Part shown: positions 61,905 to 64,000 of the stretch, piece by piece | How positions within the stretch are numbered: position 1 is the stretch's first letter | Layout: each line of letters begins with the position of its first letter | Source: Ranitomeya imitator | Taxonomy: Eukaryota | DNA: 64,000 nt | Reading direction: 5' to 3' | Assembly (NCBI RefSeq): GCF_032444005.1 | Contig: NC_091283.1 | Coordinates: 510,322,001 to 510,386,000 of the forward strand | Program-made: the position numbers and the translations under genes | The notes under the pieces: model-generated | What the model saw: the letters and a program-made list of their open reading frames with translations, nothing else | Told to the model about the DNA's origin: nothing | The model's database searches: none

Positions 61905-64000
61905 GGGTTCAGCACCTGTTCACACTGTGTCTATGTTTGGATGTGCAGATCAGGTTTTTTGAAATGTATTCTCTAGCCTTCTGATCGTGCACTCCCCGCC
62001 TCCTAGCTTCAGGTGTTTTAATTATAATAGGTCCAATACCCCTCCACAGTGAGAGAGAATTTGAGTCCAAGGAGAGGTTTCACATGTACCCATTCAGATG
62101 GAGACGTTTATTCTCAGAGAGGTAGGTCAAGCGTAGGGCCTCGTATAAGAGAGATGCCTTATCGTGGCTACGAGGTACACATAAAATTGGCCATTTTTAT
62201 GCGCTAAAAGCTCTCATTTTTCATATTTTCAGTGCAGTAATGCAGTTCAAATTTTGTGTTTTCAAGTTTGCATGTTTTGGCGCTGCAGTGTGCTGCCCTA
62301 TTTACTTAAATATATACGAGTTGGCGACTCTGGGTTCAGCACCTGTTCACACTGTGTCTATGTTTGGATGTGCAGATCAGGTTTTTTGAAATGTATTCTC
62401 TAGCCTTCTGATCGTGCACTCCCCGCCTCCTAGCTTCAGGTGTTTTAATTATAATAGGTCCAATACCCCTCCACAGTGAGAGAGAATTTGAGTCCAAGGA
62501 GAGGTTTCACATGTACCCATTCAGATGGAGACGTTTATTCTCAGAGAGGTAGGTCAAGCGTAGGGCCTCGTATAAGAGAGATGCCTTATCGTGGCTACGA
62601 GGTACACATAAAATTGGCCATTTTTATGCGCTAAAAGCTCTCATTTTTCATATTTTCAGTGCAGTAATGCAGTTCAAATTTTGTGTTTTCAAGTTTGCAT
62701 GTTTTGGCGCTGCAGTGTGCTGCCCTATTTACTTAAATATATACGAGTTGGCGACTCTGGGTTCAGCACCTGTTCACACTGTGTCTATGTTTGGATGTGC
62801 AGATCAGGTTTTTTGAAATGTATTCTCTAGCCTTCTGATCGTGCACTCCCCGCCTCCTAGCTTCAGGTGTTTTAATTATAATAGGTCCAATACCCCTCCA
62901 CAGTGAGAGAGAATTTGAGTCCAAGGAGAGGTTTCACATGTACCCATTCAGATGGAGACGTTTATTCTCAGAGAGGTAGGTCAAGCGTAGGGCCTCGTAT
63001 AAGAGAGATGCCTTATCGTGGCTACGAGGTACACATAAAATTGGCCATTTTTATGCGCTAAAAGCTCTCATTTTTCATATTTTCAGTGCAGTAATGCAGT
63101 TCAAATTTTGTGTTTTCAAGTTTGCATGTTTTGGCGCTGCAGTGTGCTGCCCTATTTACTTAAATATATACGAGTTGGCGACTCTGGGTTCAGCACCTGT
63201 TCACACTGTGTCTATGTTTGGATGTGCAGATCAGGTTTTTTGAAATGTATTCTCTAGCCTTCTGATCGTGCACTCCCCGCCTCCTAGCTTCAGGTGTTTT
63301 AATTATAATAGGTCCAATACCCCTCCACAGTGAGAGAGAATTTGAGTCCAAGGAGAGGTTTCACATGTACCCATTCAGATGGAGACGTTTATTCTCAGAG
63401 AGGTAGGTCAAGCGTAGGGCCTCGTATAAGAGAGATGCCTTATCGTGGCTACGAGGTACACATAAAATTGGCCATTTTTATGCGCTAAAAGCTCTCATTT
63501 TTCATATTTTCAGTGCAGTAATGCAGTTCAAATTTTGTGTTTTCAAGTTTGCATGTTTTGGCGCTGCAGTGTGCTGCCCTATTTACTTAAATATATACGA
63601 GTTGGCGACTCTGGGTTCAGCACCTGTTCACACTGTGTCTATGTTTGGATGTGCAGATCAGGTTTTTTGAAATGTATTCTCTAGCCTTCTGATCGTGCAC
63701 TCCCCGCCTCCTAGCTTCAGGTGTTTTAATTATAATAGGTCCAATACCCCTCCACAGTGAGAGAGAATTTGAGTCCAAGGAGAGGTTTCACATGTACCCA
63801 TTCAGATGGAGACGTTTATTCTCAGAGAGGTAGGTCAAGCGTAGGGCCTCGTATAAGAGAGATGCCTTATCGTGGCTACGAGGTACACATAAAATTGGCC
63901 ATTTTTATGCGCTAAAAGCTCTCATTTTTCATATTTTCAGTGCAGTAATGCAGTTCAAATTTTGTGTTTTCAAGTTTGCATGTTTTGGCGCTGCAGTGTG
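61905..64000 (-). repeat. 427-bp tandem repeat, inverted orientation B (about 4.9 units, runs off window)
   Basis: GGGTTCAGCACC at 61905, 62332, 62759, 63186, 63613; reverse complement of orientation A. Confidence 0.95.

Noticed and set aside
27035-64000. The Gmr1 LTR and the terminal satellite unit are both 427 bp
   Set aside because: No sequence similarity seen between them in either orientation; treated as coincidence.

Overview
Vertebrate genomic DNA, most likely a frog (inferred from T2/Kolobok-type TTAA MITEs, PIF/Harbinger MITEs, CR1/L2 and Tc1 families). The only host gene is the 3' part of PLXDC1 (TEM7): 8 coding exons on + at 876-16028. The rest is almost entirely mobile DNA. Main structures: (1) a 22-kb five-level nest (TTAA-MITE > 18-kb TA-flanked foldback with satellite-bearing arms > Harbinger-type MITE > Gmr1-like Gypsy with SCAN-gag and INT before RT > full-length CR1 LINE with two open ORFs); (2) a 158-bp satellite with a 1473-bp higher-order repeat marked by a captured Penelope-like, half-hammerhead fragment; (3) Tc1 elements interrupted by LTRs or MITEs; (4) a frameshifted chromodomain Gypsy; (5) a two-gene Harbinger transposon (spliced MADF gene plus DDE transposase) whose transposase N-terminus gives way to a 427-bp tandem array that flips orientation. 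All coordinates, counts and family assignments were read by eye; no alignments or database searches were run.
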